A stretch of 64,000 bases of DNA from Planctomycetia bacterium TMED53 (GCA_002167285.1 NHDG01000117.1:67133-131132), one strand, 5' to 3'; positions 8,601 to 17,087 are shown, counted from the stretch's first letter. Numbers and translations are program-made. The notes: generated by a model not told the origin, from the sequence alone.

Positions 8601-9968
8601 CAACTTGCTGCAGGTCATGTGGACGAAGCACTTTCTCTCATTGATCAGGTCCAGCAAGCAACTGAGGAAACCGGTGATCAGGCTGGTAGAGCGATGTGTT
8701 TTCATCTAAATGCTTCAGCATTGTTACGCTGCGGTGATTTGGAGGAAGCGCTTCGTCAAATTAAGGCTTCTGCAGAAATTAGTACCCAACTGAATATGCG
8801 CTTTTTGCGTAATAGAAATCACTTCCTCAGGGGAAAGATTCGCCGCAGGGCAGGAGATTTTGAGGAAGCGGAAAGCGATCTGTTGAGAGCTTTCGGAGTT
8901 TACGCAAGGGGGGGCAAGGGATCATGGCTGATCGAGTGCATGGTTGAGTTGTGCTGGCTCCATCTCGATCGATCCGATTCTACAAAGGCCAAAGAAATCT
9001 TGGCCAAGGTCCACCAAATCGAGGGGATCGCTTCCCACCCGGTGATGGAATTGGAAGTGAGCCATCTGGAAAACTCCATAGAGCTGATGGAAGGGCGTGA
9101 TCCGGAAGAGGTTCTCGCCCGTTGGGAGTCCCTCGAAAAGCAAGCGAGGGATCGCTCCGCGCTTGAGATTCGAATTCGGTTGCTGAGCCAAATCGCAGAG
9201 TTACAGGTCGAGGTAAGGAAGCTCGATGAGGCGCGCCAGAGTTATCGTCTTTGCGACCGCTTACACCAGGCATTTTCTGAATCTCTTCCTGGACCCCTTA
9301 GGCCCCGATATCTGTCGAGTCAGAAGGTGGCTACTCAACTCGAAGGTGGGCATGAGGTTCCAGAGGTAAACACAGGCGAAGAAGATGTTGAAGAGAAAGA
9401 TCTTGAGAGTGATCAGGCTAAAGAATCACTCGATTCGCAAAGCCAGGACTCGGCGGTCGATGAGTTTTATGCTGTTGAGCTGATGAGGGTCAGCCGTCTT
9501 TTGGCAGAAGCTTCAGCATTGCCGATGCCCCGCGTCTTGATCCCAAAATCATTGTCTGCTCTGGTTCGCGCATTGGATGGTGAGCAAGGTTGGCTGTTGA
9601 CACGAAAAGGTGATGCAATCCACGTCGCTTGTGGGGTCGATGGTCATGGGCAGACATTGAAGAGCCACCAGGAACGTATCGCGCTTCCACTGGTGGAGGA
9701 GATTTGGAATAGTGGCAAGTCACTGACAACCCATCGCATCGTCGATGAACCACGAACTCAAACTTTGGAATGCCTCTATCGAACCGGAGTCAAAGGATTG
9801 TGTGTCGTTCCGTTGAAGACGGATGGTCAAATTCGAGCATTGCTCTATATCACCGACCCTGAAGTCTCTCGATTGGAATCTGGCGAGGGTAAGGCCGTCC
9901 TTGACGCCCACTGTGGCTTGATGGGTTTCTTGCTACCAAGGGCAAATCCGGTCTCTACGAAGTCCTGA
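5700..9968 (+). CDS. Ser/Thr protein kinase fused to a STAND-type P-loop NTPase, TPR repeats and a C-terminal GAF-like domain (1422 aa)
   Basis: Kinase motifs GEGAMGTVF, VALKIL, HFDIKPDNIL, DFGLA, YVAPE. Walker A GEIGIGKSRL (6798-6821). Long TPR-like helical repeats. GAF-like C-terminus. Confidence 0.9.
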   Translation: MEPRSRGIKMGSVQTGETINGRYRILRQLGEGAMGTVFLCEDLTRVRRKVALKILRSDRLEDSEEWSKVEYEALTRLRHPNLARVHDFGRIQESHDWFIVSEFIRGDDLLGASTSFEEAEFLDVVVQICRALEYIHSQGYVHFDIKPDNILVTRTRQLGSDQTSKVVQDGPTDGSTDRCLGPPVAKLIDFGLAEKITGTFDFAIKGTLHYVAPEIIDGGTPDRRADLYSFGVSLYQILAGRLPFVAPDGTTVGRVEGRWKEDLRRDLSGEHPWLIEIILRLLEKDPEKRFSTAREIIQAVSAGAGRHWQVETAETQISYLHSNRLIGRRFELEHLRDGVERGTGLALREGGEERTVDRSRPLLLVSGEIGIGKSRLLDEFAHHLKLREIPFFTGHCLEAGQEAYQPFRTILEQMSLSVGLDSDLYKENASLLQRVCPRLQDPDQQQERGHSFDPMGSQLIDQLALFIERCSEEKPCVVVLNNLHWADDSTVNLLQRLSERVLKEESASRLLLVLTMRDDDQKSPVLKEFLEKNSEAGTVDELALKRFGRPQIAELIQHVLQVDAVPSNFLDRLEERTAGNPLFIVEMLKVLQEEGIIFRDSDGWSIRGGGELSRVELPAGIHQVLHRRVRVLQEGTRSLLRLLALHGRPAPVKLLESVEGFKETLRDDLRELDARGMVSRSLDSGRPTYAIMQPKLQEIICRDIPPAEARRLHGLLAEGLESYHGEDLSPVHEELSFHYQRSDRPEKALNHLLAAGEAMQEIHAHDKALEHYQQALERLESAELQLLEHLAVWEKIGDVSILLGRHDLATESFQKVVSQPVDAEVRNVETDLYRIRALRKLGKIDEILGDYPAALRWLRESADMVMRLDSDFRDQEQHRVLGSLAWIHHCTGDHEKAMSISAEGISLLGEADSSSERAQFLTTIGHASHSRGEFDQAIDYHQKALDIFEGLEDSPGIIRTLNAITASQLAAGHVDEALSLIDQVQQATEETGDQAGRAMCFHLNASALLRCGDLEEALRQIKASAEISTQLNMRFLRNRNHFLRGKIRRRAGDFEEAESDLLRAFGVYARGGKGSWLIECMVELCWLHLDRSDSTKAKEILAKVHQIEGIASHPVMELEVSHLENSIELMEGRDPEEVLARWESLEKQARDRSALEIRIRLLSQIAELQVEVRKLDEARQSYRLCDRLHQAFSESLPGPLRPRYLSSQKVATQLEGGHEVPEVNTGEEDVEEKDLESDQAKESLDSQSQDSAVDEFYAVELMRVSRLLAEASALPMPRVLIPKSLSALVRALDGEQGWLLTRKGDAIHVACGVDGHGQTLKSHQERIALPLVEEIWNSGKSLTTHRIVDEPRTQTLECLYRTGVKGLCVVPLKTDGQIRALLYITDPEVSRLESGEGKAVLDAHCGLMGFLLPRANPVSTKS

Positions 9969-9993
9969 CCTCTGTTTCAAAAGAGGTTATTCT

Positions 9994-10776
9994 GTGGTCA
10001 TGAGAATCGCTTCCTTGACCTGCTCCAACACCGAGATCGTTTGCGCCTTGGGGATGTCCCATCTCCTCGTCGGTGTCGATGATCATTCGGACCATCCGGT
10101 AGGCCCGTTGGAACCTCTCCCCAGGTTGGGCCCTGATCTGTCGATAGATCTTGATCTACTTGCAGAGCTGAAACCGGATTTGACCCTCGCCTCTCTGACT
10201 GTTCCTGGTCATGAAAAGGTGGTCGAAGGAGTCTCCCAGTTGGGTCTCGATCACATCGCTCCAGACCCCCGTAGCATCGCTGACATCCTTAGGGACATTC
10301 GCGAAATCGCTTCGTTATTAGAGGTCCCATCTCGGGGTGAGGCGCTCGTGGGCTGGATGCAAAGAGGGTTGGAGCCGCTTCCGCAAGAGGAGCTGCCGAT
10401 TCCGGTTCTCGTCGAGTGGTGGCCGAAACCGGTATTCGTTCCGGCGCGATTTTCCTGGGTGAATGAGATGTTGATTCTGGCCGGGGGATTCAATCCTTGG
10501 GCACAAGATGAAGGTCATAGCAGGGCCGTGACACCCGAAGAGGTTAAAGAACATGACCCGGAAGCGGTGGTGATCTCTTGGTGTGGTGTGGATTTTCATA
10601 ACTACAAAACGAACAAAGTGATCCAGCGGCCCGGCTGGGATTCGGTCTCTGCCGTTCTCAAAGAACAGGTTTCCGCAATTCCTGAAGCTTACATGGGCAG
10701 GCCAGGGCCACGCATCGTCGAGGGGGTTCGAAGGCTCAGGAAGGTGATCTGCTCGGCGAATTCGAGAACTCCCTGA
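9994..10776 (+). CDS. BtuF-like periplasmic-binding-fold (helical-backbone, cobalamin/metal-binding) protein with no obvious signal peptide
   Basis: RIASLTCSNTEIVCALG..LVGVDDHSDHP and ...VISWCG... resemble class III SBPs. The start may be ATG 10000. Confidence 0.65.
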   Translation: MVMRIASLTCSNTEIVCALGMSHLLVGVDDHSDHPVGPLEPLPRLGPDLSIDLDLLAELKPDLTLASLTVPGHEKVVEGVSQLGLDHIAPDPRSIADILRDIREIASLLEVPSRGEALVGWMQRGLEPLPQEELPIPVLVEWWPKPVFVPARFSWVNEMLILAGGFNPWAQDEGHSRAVTPEEVKEHDPEAVVISWCGVDFHNYKTNKVIQRPGWDSVSAVLKEQVSAIPEAYMGRPGPRIVEGVRRLRKVICSANSRTP

Positions 10777-10869
10777 GGCTCTGTGGGAATCTTTCATTTG
10801 CAGGGCATAATGACGCGGTGTAGAGCTCCCGTTGAGCTCTGTATTGTTGGAAATTTACTGGAGAATTTG

Positions 10870-11217
10870 ATGAAGAAAATTGACTGGTGGTATCACCGTA
10901 ACGGTTGAACATCTTGTAAGAGAGCTCAGGAGTTCCTGGGTGACGAAGTGAATGTGAAAGAACAGGTCGACGCTAAGAAGGTTCGTCTGGGTGTAGATGA
11001 GGCGCTGGAAATGGCCTCAAAGGCAAGCAAGGTCATCGTTGCCCGCGGTAAAAAATTCGTGGAGCACGACATGAAGAAGGATCGTCCTTCTGATGAGGAT
11101 CTCGCCAAAGGGATCATCGGCCCGAGCGGAAATTTACGTGCGCCAACTTTGTTGGTGGGCAAAAAAATGTTGGTGGGCTTTCATGAGGAAGCCTACACCG
11201 ATGTGATCGTTAACTGA
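10870..11217 (+). CDS. ArsC/Spx-fold redox protein, probable selenoprotein (in-frame TGA 10906-10908 read as Sec in a U-T-S-C motif)
   Basis: ATG 10870 is preceded by GGAG (10859-10862) and is in frame with track ORF 10948-11217. The only stop is TGA at the CxxC-equivalent position. The C-terminal part GNLRAPTLLVGKKMLVGFHEEAY is ArsC-family-like. Confidence 0.6.
10924..10941 (+). promoter_or_regulatory. Candidate bacterial SECIS-like hairpin
   Basis: gctcagg / loop agtt / cctgggt gives a 7-bp stem including G-U pairs. It starts 16 nt after the TGA. The apical loop has G at its second position. Confidence 0.4.
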
Positions 11218-11229
11218 GGGCAGGTTTGA

Positions 11230-12099
11230 GTGGGAATCTTTGATCGTGATTACATGCGAGATAGCAGCGGAGGCGGCGGCCCATTGAGTCGGTTCACCGG
11301 CCTGCAGCTGATACTCGGCATCAATGTCATCGTCTTTATTGCCTGGCATGTTTTACCCAAGAGTATCATGGGCCTCAATTTCCTGACGAGCATGACTCAT
11401 CTCAAGGAGGGTTATGTTTGGACTTTGGTCACTTCGGCATTTTCCCATTTCGATCTATGGCATTTTTTGATCAACATGCTGGTCCTTTACTCTTTTTCAG
11501 CTCCTCTGGAAGCCAGGTGGGGGAAGAAGCGATATCTTCTCTTCTATCTCGGAGCTGCACTCTTCTCCTCGATTCTCCACTGCAGCATGGTTTTCTTTGG
11601 ATTCAGGGATGTTCCTGCACTGGGAGCGTCCGGCGCGGTATGTGCCATGACCACTGCTTTCGCCATCTACTACCCTAAAGCGATGATTTATCTTTGGGGA
11701 ATTCTGCCTGTGCCAGCATGGCTCTTGGTCGGTGGGTTTGCTCTCTTTGATATCAAGGGTCTCATGGATCAAGCTGGCGGTGGTGGGGGAAACATCGGGC
11801 ACGCTGCTCACCTGGGTGGGACCGTTTTCGCTTTGATCATCATCGGGTTGTTGGCGGGCAACTTATTGCCCAAAGGCAGCCGCGCCAACACCACGGTTCG
11901 TCGGATGACTTCGGCGACGGGTCGAGCTCCTGCTGATTATTACCCTCAGCAGCAGCCAAGGCCGGAGAGGGATATTTCTGAAGAAATACTCCTCGATGAA
12001 TTGCTGACCAAGGTCAGTCGGTCGGGGATGGATTCCCTAACTGATCAGGAGAGGGATGATCTTCGGCGCATCGGTGAAAAGCGCAGGAACGATTCTTGA
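11230..12099 (+). CDS. Rhomboid family intramembrane serine protease
   Basis: FSHFDLWHFLINM, catalytic GASGAV, AHLGG, multiple TMs. GTG start. Confidence 0.9.
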   Translation: MGIFDRDYMRDSSGGGGPLSRFTGLQLILGINVIVFIAWHVLPKSIMGLNFLTSMTHLKEGYVWTLVTSAFSHFDLWHFLINMLVLYSFSAPLEARWGKKRYLLFYLGAALFSSILHCSMVFFGFRDVPALGASGAVCAMTTAFAIYYPKAMIYLWGILPVPAWLLVGGFALFDIKGLMDQAGGGGGNIGHAAHLGGTVFALIIIGLLAGNLLPKGSRANTTVRRMTSATGRAPADYYPQQQPRPERDISEEILLDELLTKVSRSGMDSLTDQERDDLRRIGEKRRNDS

Positions 12100-12449
12100 C
12101 CTGGTTTTCATCTCTGAAGAGATTTTTTCGTCAAAGAAAACTTCGCCAACAAGCTCGTCGTGAATTGATGAATATCTTTGAGTCTGAAGAGAACCTGCGT
12201 GGGACCTCTCTCAAGCTGCACCATCGGGGACGCTGCGACATCGTCGAGTTGGAAGCGAATGGGGAGCTCGTCGCCTTTACTTTTCAGATCCTGCGGCACC
12301 CTCGTCCCCATCCCTTTTCGAAGCAACACCACTTGGTGGCGGAGAGATGGCGTTACGACATGGTCGAAAAAACCCTCGAGCGAGCGGGATCGGTCAATTT
12401 GAGTCGATTAAGAGGTAGAGATGGCGAGCCGCCCGGGTCTTTTCCTTGA
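12096..12449 (+). CDS. Hypothetical protein (117 aa)
   Basis: Open frame whose TTG start overlaps the rhomboid stop. No motif recognised. Confidence 0.3.
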   Translation: MTWFSSLKRFFRQRKLRQQARRELMNIFESEENLRGTSLKLHHRGRCDIVELEANGELVAFTFQILRHPRPHPFSKQHHLVAERWRYDMVEKTLERAGSVNLSRLRGRDGEPPGSFP

Positions 12450-12547
12450 CCCGGCAGGGGTAACGGGGCGACCATGACGGATCGGGCGGTATTCATCCTT
12501 GAGAGTTTACCGCTACCTCTGAATCAAACTTCCTGAAATGAGGAACC

Positions 12548-13591
12548 ATGGAACTTCTCAAAGAGCTGTGCGAGGCCCACGGTGCCCCCGGTTTTGAAGA
12601 CAACATTCGTGCCATTTTCCGTCGTGAGATCGAACCTTTCGTTGATCGCATCGAAGTGGACGGGATCGGCAACTGTATCGCCATCAAGGAAGGGAAGCCC
12701 GGCAGTCCAAAAGTGATGTTGGCAGGCCACCTCGATGAGATTGGATTCGTCGTCAAACACATCGATGACCATGGTTTTTTGAGATTGTCACCACTCGGTG
12801 GATTTGATCCAAAAACCCTTATCGCCAAGAGGGTGGTCGTCAATTCTAGCCACGGCGAACAGATCACTGGGATGATCGGCTGCAAGCCGATTCACATCAT
12901 GACCCCGGAAGATCGCAAGAAGATGCCGACGGTGCCACAGCTCTTCGTCGATGTCAGCCTGACTGCTGAAGAAGCACGGCAGAAGATCGAGATTGGTGAC
13001 CCTGTCACCTTGAAGCAGACCTTTGAGACTCAGGGGAGTCGCTGTACCGGAAAGAGTCTCGACAACCGCGTTTCTATCTACACTCTCATCGAATCAGTAA
13101 AGCGCTTTAGCAATGAAAACGTTTCTGTTTATGCGGTAGCCACGACTCAAGAAGAGGTGGGCTTGCGCGGAGCGATGACTGCTTCGCACCGTATTGAGCC
13201 CGATTGCGGCATCGCCATCGATGTGACGCTCGCTTGTGATATTCCCGGTGCTACCGATCACGAGCAGATTTCTGCGCTCGGCAAAGGTGTGGCGATCAAG
13301 ATTCACGATAGTTCCAGCATCTCGAATCCAAAGATGGTTCGCGCGATGAGAAACTTTGCCCGTGAAAAAGAGATCCCCTTCCAGATGGAGATCCTGACCG
13401 CTGGCGGAACTGACGCCGGTGGAATCCAGCGTGGCGGCTCTGCTGTTCCGGCGATCACTCTGTCGGTGCCATGCCGATACGTTCACAGTGTGGTCGAGAC
13501 GATCGATTCCGGTGATCTGGAAGCGACGGTGGCATTGCTGACCGAGTTCCTCAACAACGCCCATGCGGTCGATCTCAGTTACGATTCCTGA
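12548..13591 (+). CDS. M42 family metallo-aminopeptidase (FrvX/CelM-like)
   Basis: GAPGFEDNIR, LAGHLDEIGF, GKSLDNR, TTQEEVGLRGA, and the C-terminal RYVHS motif pattern of M42. Confidence 0.9.
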   Translation: MELLKELCEAHGAPGFEDNIRAIFRREIEPFVDRIEVDGIGNCIAIKEGKPGSPKVMLAGHLDEIGFVVKHIDDHGFLRLSPLGGFDPKTLIAKRVVVNSSHGEQITGMIGCKPIHIMTPEDRKKMPTVPQLFVDVSLTAEEARQKIEIGDPVTLKQTFETQGSRCTGKSLDNRVSIYTLIESVKRFSNENVSVYAVATTQEEVGLRGAMTASHRIEPDCGIAIDVTLACDIPGATDHEQISALGKGVAIKIHDSSSISNPKMVRAMRNFAREKEIPFQMEILTAGGTDAGGIQRGGSAVPAITLSVPCRYVHSVVETIDSGDLEATVALLTEFLNNAHAVDLSYDS

Positions 13592-14193
13592 GTCTCCTCT
13601 GGAGTGGACGCGGTTTCACTTTTGAACCAGAAGATGAGGCTGGTATCACCATAGCGCCGCCCCTCCCGTGCTTCGATGCCCGGGGGGGGCGGCGCTGTTT
13701 CTTCTCTGGAGGGGTGTTCCATCACCAGCCAACCACCGGGCCTGAGCCATTCTCCCGCAGCCAATTCACTGGCAAGAATCCACGGTTTCGATTGGGGCCC
13801 TCGGTAATCGGGGAAGGGTGGGTCGAGGAGGATCAGATCAAAGGCGGACCCAGGGGGTTCAGGGCCCAATCGATAGGCGTCTCTTTCAAGAATCTTACAC
13901 TGGGCTTCGATGCCCAAATCGCGCAAGTTTTTGCGCAGCAGGGGCAAGACTTCCCGGGTGTTTTCGACGTGAATCGTTTGGCGAGCTCCCCGAGAAACTG
14001 CCTCGATGCCGACGGCGCCGGATCCTGCAAAGACGTCGAGGACTCTGCCCATCTGAAGGTGATCTTGGAGGCGATTGAAGAGCGCTTCGCGGACACGGGT
14101 TCGCATAGGCCTGACGGTGAGGCCTTCCGGTACTCGAATGCTTTTGCCTTTGAGGGAGCCACTGCTGAGGCGAATGGCTCCTTGTCGGGGCAT
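13579..14193 (-). CDS. rsmD: 16S rRNA (guanine966-N2)-methyltransferase RsmD
   Basis: RPMRTRVREALFNRL, VLDVFAGSGAVGIEAVSRGA, LILLDPPF. I chose the start at the internal Met (MPRQGAIRL), just downstream of the upstream gene's stop. Confidence 0.85.
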   Translation of the reverse strand: MPRQGAIRLSSGSLKGKSIRVPEGLTVRPMRTRVREALFNRLQDHLQMGRVLDVFAGSGAVGIEAVSRGARQTIHVENTREVLPLLRKNLRDLGIEAQCKILERDAYRLGPEPPGSAFDLILLDPPFPDYRGPQSKPWILASELAAGEWLRPGGWLVMEHPSREETAPPPPGIEAREGRRYGDTSLIFWFKSETASTPEETQES

Positions 14194-14206
14194 CGTTGAA
14201 AAGCGC

Positions 14207-14644
14207 CTAGCTGACGAGACGGTTGTCGGATGCGGCCAATCTCTTGGCCAAGATCCGCGCCATGTTGAGGACGACCTTGTAAGCGACGATGTCGCCGTCA
14301 TCGAGGAGCTTCTGGAAGGGCTCAGCGGGGACCTTTTTAAGTCTGCCGTCTTCGACACACATCACCGTTGCCGAGCGATTCTCACTACTGATGAGGGACA
14401 TTTCGCCGAAGTAGCTCAACTCTTCCAGCCTGGCAAGAACCTCATTGCGATTCCCTGATTTCAGAACCTCAAAGGCTCCTGCGCTGATGATGTAAAATCC
14501 ATCGCCAGGGGTGTCCTGAAGGACAACCGTATCACTTTGCTTCGCTTCGATATCTTCAGAGATGCGCAAGAGATCCTGGATCTCGGTCGGCGTCAATCCC
14601 TCGAAGAGAGGCACCTTCTCGAAACTCTCGGTGTATTCCTTCAT
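14207..14644 (-). CDS. Stand-alone cyclic-nucleotide-binding domain protein (145 aa)
   Basis: GDGFYIISAGAFEV..., FGEMSLIS.ENRSATV is the typical cNMP phosphate-binding cassette. There is no output domain. Confidence 0.8.
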   Translation of the reverse strand: MKEYTESFEKVPLFEGLTPTEIQDLLRISEDIEAKQSDTVVLQDTPGDGFYIISAGAFEVLKSGNRNEVLARLEELSYFGEMSLISSENRSATVMCVEDGRLKKVPAEPFQKLLDDGDIVAYKVVLNMARILAKRLAASDNRLVS

Positions 14645-14801
14645 GTCAACTCCCGTAATACTTCAGCATTCTGTATTCGACGCTTTGCTGCAGTGGTTCG
14701 TTTGCGAGTGGCCATTCTCCAGCCATTCGAATCCACAGCGTATCCGCGCACCGTCCTATCTGCAACTGCAGCAAAGCATCGGATAAAGGGAATTTGGTAC
14801 T

Positions 14802-15941
14802 TTAGGATCGGTTCTGCTCAGATGCTTCCCACCAAGGCAGCAGATCTGCCGGAAGGGGTGCCTCGAATCTCATTTGTGTACCGCTGACAGGGTGGCGCAG
14901 GTGTAACTTCCAGGCATGGAGAGCGTGCCTTGAAAGTGGAGCCGTGGGTTGTTGAGAACCCAAGGTTGCGAGATCTAGCTGCTTTTCTCTGCCGTAGAGG
15001 AAATCACAGAGGATCGGATGACCGATCGCTCGCAAATGAACTCTGATTTGATGGGTTCTTCCTGTCCTCGGAAAACAATGGAACCATGAGATGGGCTGGC
15101 GTAACGAGGGGAAGGTCGCCTTCAGTTCCCAGGCCGTGAATGCTTGCCGGGCATCCTTGTCGTGGCGAACCGTCCACTTTTTGGTGTCAGTAAAGGAGCG
15201 CGCAAGAGGTAGGTCGATTTGTCCGGAGGGCTCTTTCGGAACACCGTGGCTCAGTGCGAGATATTCCTTGGAAACTTCTCGATCGTGGAACTGCCTCGAC
15301 AATTCACGGTGTGCGGCATTCGTTCTGGCGATCACCATCACGCCGGAAGTTTCTCGGTCGAGCCGGTGGACGATTCCAGGCCGATCCGATTCTCCTACTT
15401 CGGCGATCTCATTTGTATGACCCAGCAAGGCGTTGACGAGGGTTCCCTCCGGTGGTGCACCCGGAGCCGGATGGACGATCATCCCAGCTTCCTTTGAAAT
15501 CACCAGAATATCGTCGTCCTGATGCAGGACTTGCAAGGGAACATCTTCTGGCAGGGGAGTTACAGAAGGGGGCGGAGGTGGAGTAAAGACAACCACTTCA
15601 TCGCAGTTCAGTTTTCTGGAAGCCTTCAAAATAGGTTTACCGTCGATCGTGACGGCGCCACCTTCGATGCATCTGCGCAGGACTGAACGTGAAAAATCGG
15701 TGTGATTTTTGGCGAGCCAACTGTCGAGGCGTTCGCCGGCATCTTCGTGGCTTACCCGGGATTCCCTGAGATTCAGGGAATCCGGGTTTTCAGGAACAGG
15801 ATTCTCCTCAGCGACCGGAGCCACCGGTCTCTTGAGGAGTGGAATCCTGTTCGGTGGCGGGCTTTTTCTCGACTTCATTAGGTTTGGCTTGGAGGGTCGG
15901 CTTCGATTCTGAATCCGTGGTTTGCTCGCCAACGGGGACAC
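14802..15941 (-). CDS. RluA/RluD-family 23S rRNA pseudouridine synthase (S4 domain plus catalytic domain)
   Basis: RLDSWLA (S4), VLHQDDDILVISKEAGMIVHPA, GIVHRLDRETSGVMVIA. The start is uncertain (ATG 15941, ATG 15878 or GTG 15824); the longest form overlaps the upstream gene. Confidence 0.85.
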   Translation of the reverse strand: MSPLASKPRIQNRSRPSKPNLMKSRKSPPPNRIPLLKRPVAPVAEENPVPENPDSLNLRESRVSHEDAGERLDSWLAKNHTDFSRSVLRRCIEGGAVTIDGKPILKASRKLNCDEVVVFTPPPPPSVTPLPEDVPLQVLHQDDDILVISKEAGMIVHPAPGAPPEGTLVNALLGHTNEIAEVGESDRPGIVHRLDRETSGVMVIARTNAAHRELSRQFHDREVSKEYLALSHGVPKEPSGQIDLPLARSFTDTKKWTVRHDKDARQAFTAWELKATFPSLRQPISWFHCFPRTGRTHQIRVHLRAIGHPILCDFLYGREKQLDLATLGSQQPTAPLSRHALHAWKLHLRHPVSGTQMRFEAPLPADLLPWWEASEQNRS

Positions 15942-16566
15942 CTTGAGATTCGATTCGTGGCTGGATGGCCGATTTGTTGGGATCGGTCGCCTCAGTAGCA
16001 GTTTCGACCTCTGGCGTCACTTCTACTACTGGTTCCTCTAGGAGTGCAGGGATCTCAACGGGTGCCTCTGGCAGTTCAAAGTTTTTGCTCGATTCGATGA
16101 CGCCGGAGTATTCGATACTTCGGGTTTTGAGGAGGAAGTCTTCGGGGAACTTCTCCTGAGCGGTGGCAAGCAGAGTGACAACAGGTTCCCAGAGGGTTTC
16201 GTCCTGCTGATCCCACATCCACTCCGCCACTCTTGAGTAGGCGTATGCTTCGACAGGAGTTCCTTGCAGGGTGGTTAACAGCGTGGGGTAGTTTTGAAGA
16301 ACCATTGCCTGATCTTGATTCAAGCATGCATCGATATCGTCATTGAGTTTTTGCAGTTTTTCTTCTTCAACTTTGCCCAAGACTGACGGCAGTGCGAGCA
16401 GTCCGACGATGCAAAGGACGACGAAGACGATCAGATTAGAATTCTTCTGCGCCGCTTCGACGACACCAGTAGTGGCGTCTTCGAGAGTCTTTTCCAGTTC
16501 GGGCGCGTCTTCTGTCCCGGTGTTGCTATTCTTGTCTTGTGGGCGACCTGGTCCTGTGTTTGCCAT
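15808..16566 (-). CDS. Hypothetical single-pass membrane protein with an acidic Pro/Glu/Thr-rich tail
   Basis: TM LIVFVVLCIVGLLALPSVL followed by a helical domain. No known motif. Confidence 0.5.
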   Translation of the reverse strand: MANTGPGRPQDKNSNTGTEDAPELEKTLEDATTGVVEAAQKNSNLIVFVVLCIVGLLALPSVLGKVEEEKLQKLNDDIDACLNQDQAMVLQNYPTLLTTLQGTPVEAYAYSRVAEWMWDQQDETLWEPVVTLLATAQEKFPEDFLLKTRSIEYSGVIESSKNFELPEAPVEIPALLEEPVVEVTPEVETATEATDPNKSAIQPRIESQGVPVGEQTTDSESKPTLQAKPNEVEKKPATEQDSTPQETGGSGR

Positions 16567-16604
16567 GCTGGTTGACTTCCCCTCAACTCCGGTTGATTGG
16601 AGAG

Positions 16605-17087
16605 TCAGGAATCGACACCGATCCTGACGATGAGCCTGGTTACGTAGTGCTTGCCATCTTGATCCGGCATGCGTCGAACGAGAACTTCCGCGTACTCGTC
16701 CCTCTTAGAATAACGCAACTGGGTTTCGCCTGCATCGATACTGTCAGAAACGAATTCCCAGCCGTGGAACGGCATCTGCTCCTTATACCAGGAGGCGATT
16801 TCGGTTATCGGACGATCACCCCAGTAAATCACCTCGACGGAACGCATCGGCAGAGGAGCATTTTGAAACTTGAGGTAAGACCAGGAATTGGGATCGAGTT
16901 CGAAGCCGAATGGGGCAGGAATGTCATCCGGTTGGTGTTGATCCACAACTGGAATCGAATCCTCTGGTGGGACCAAGCCGGCGCAACCACTGATGAATCC
17001 ACTGAGGGTCACGGCTACGACGAGCATGAGTGAAACCTTGGCACTGGGCCGAAGGCGTTGGATCAAGGAATTCGCGAATTGGGTCAT
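16605..17087 (-). CDS. Hypothetical lipoprotein
   Basis: ATG 17087 is preceded by GGAGGT. Signal peptide with lipobox ISGC (MTQF...LSGFISGCAG). Confidence 0.6.
   Translation of the reverse strand: MTQFANSLIQRLRPSAKVSLMLVVAVTLSGFISGCAGLVPPEDSIPVVDQHQPDDIPAPFGFELDPNSWSYLKFQNAPLPMRSVEVIYWGDRPITEIASWYKEQMPFHGWEFVSDSIDAGETQLRYSKRDEYAEVLVRRMPDQDGKHYVTRLIVRIGVDS

Noticed and set aside
14194-14358. N-terminal extension of the rsmD ORF overlapping the cNMP-binding gene
   Set aside because: The extension is Ser/Thr/Arg-rich nonsense and overlaps the upstream gene. The internal Met just after that gene's stop gives a normal-length RsmD.
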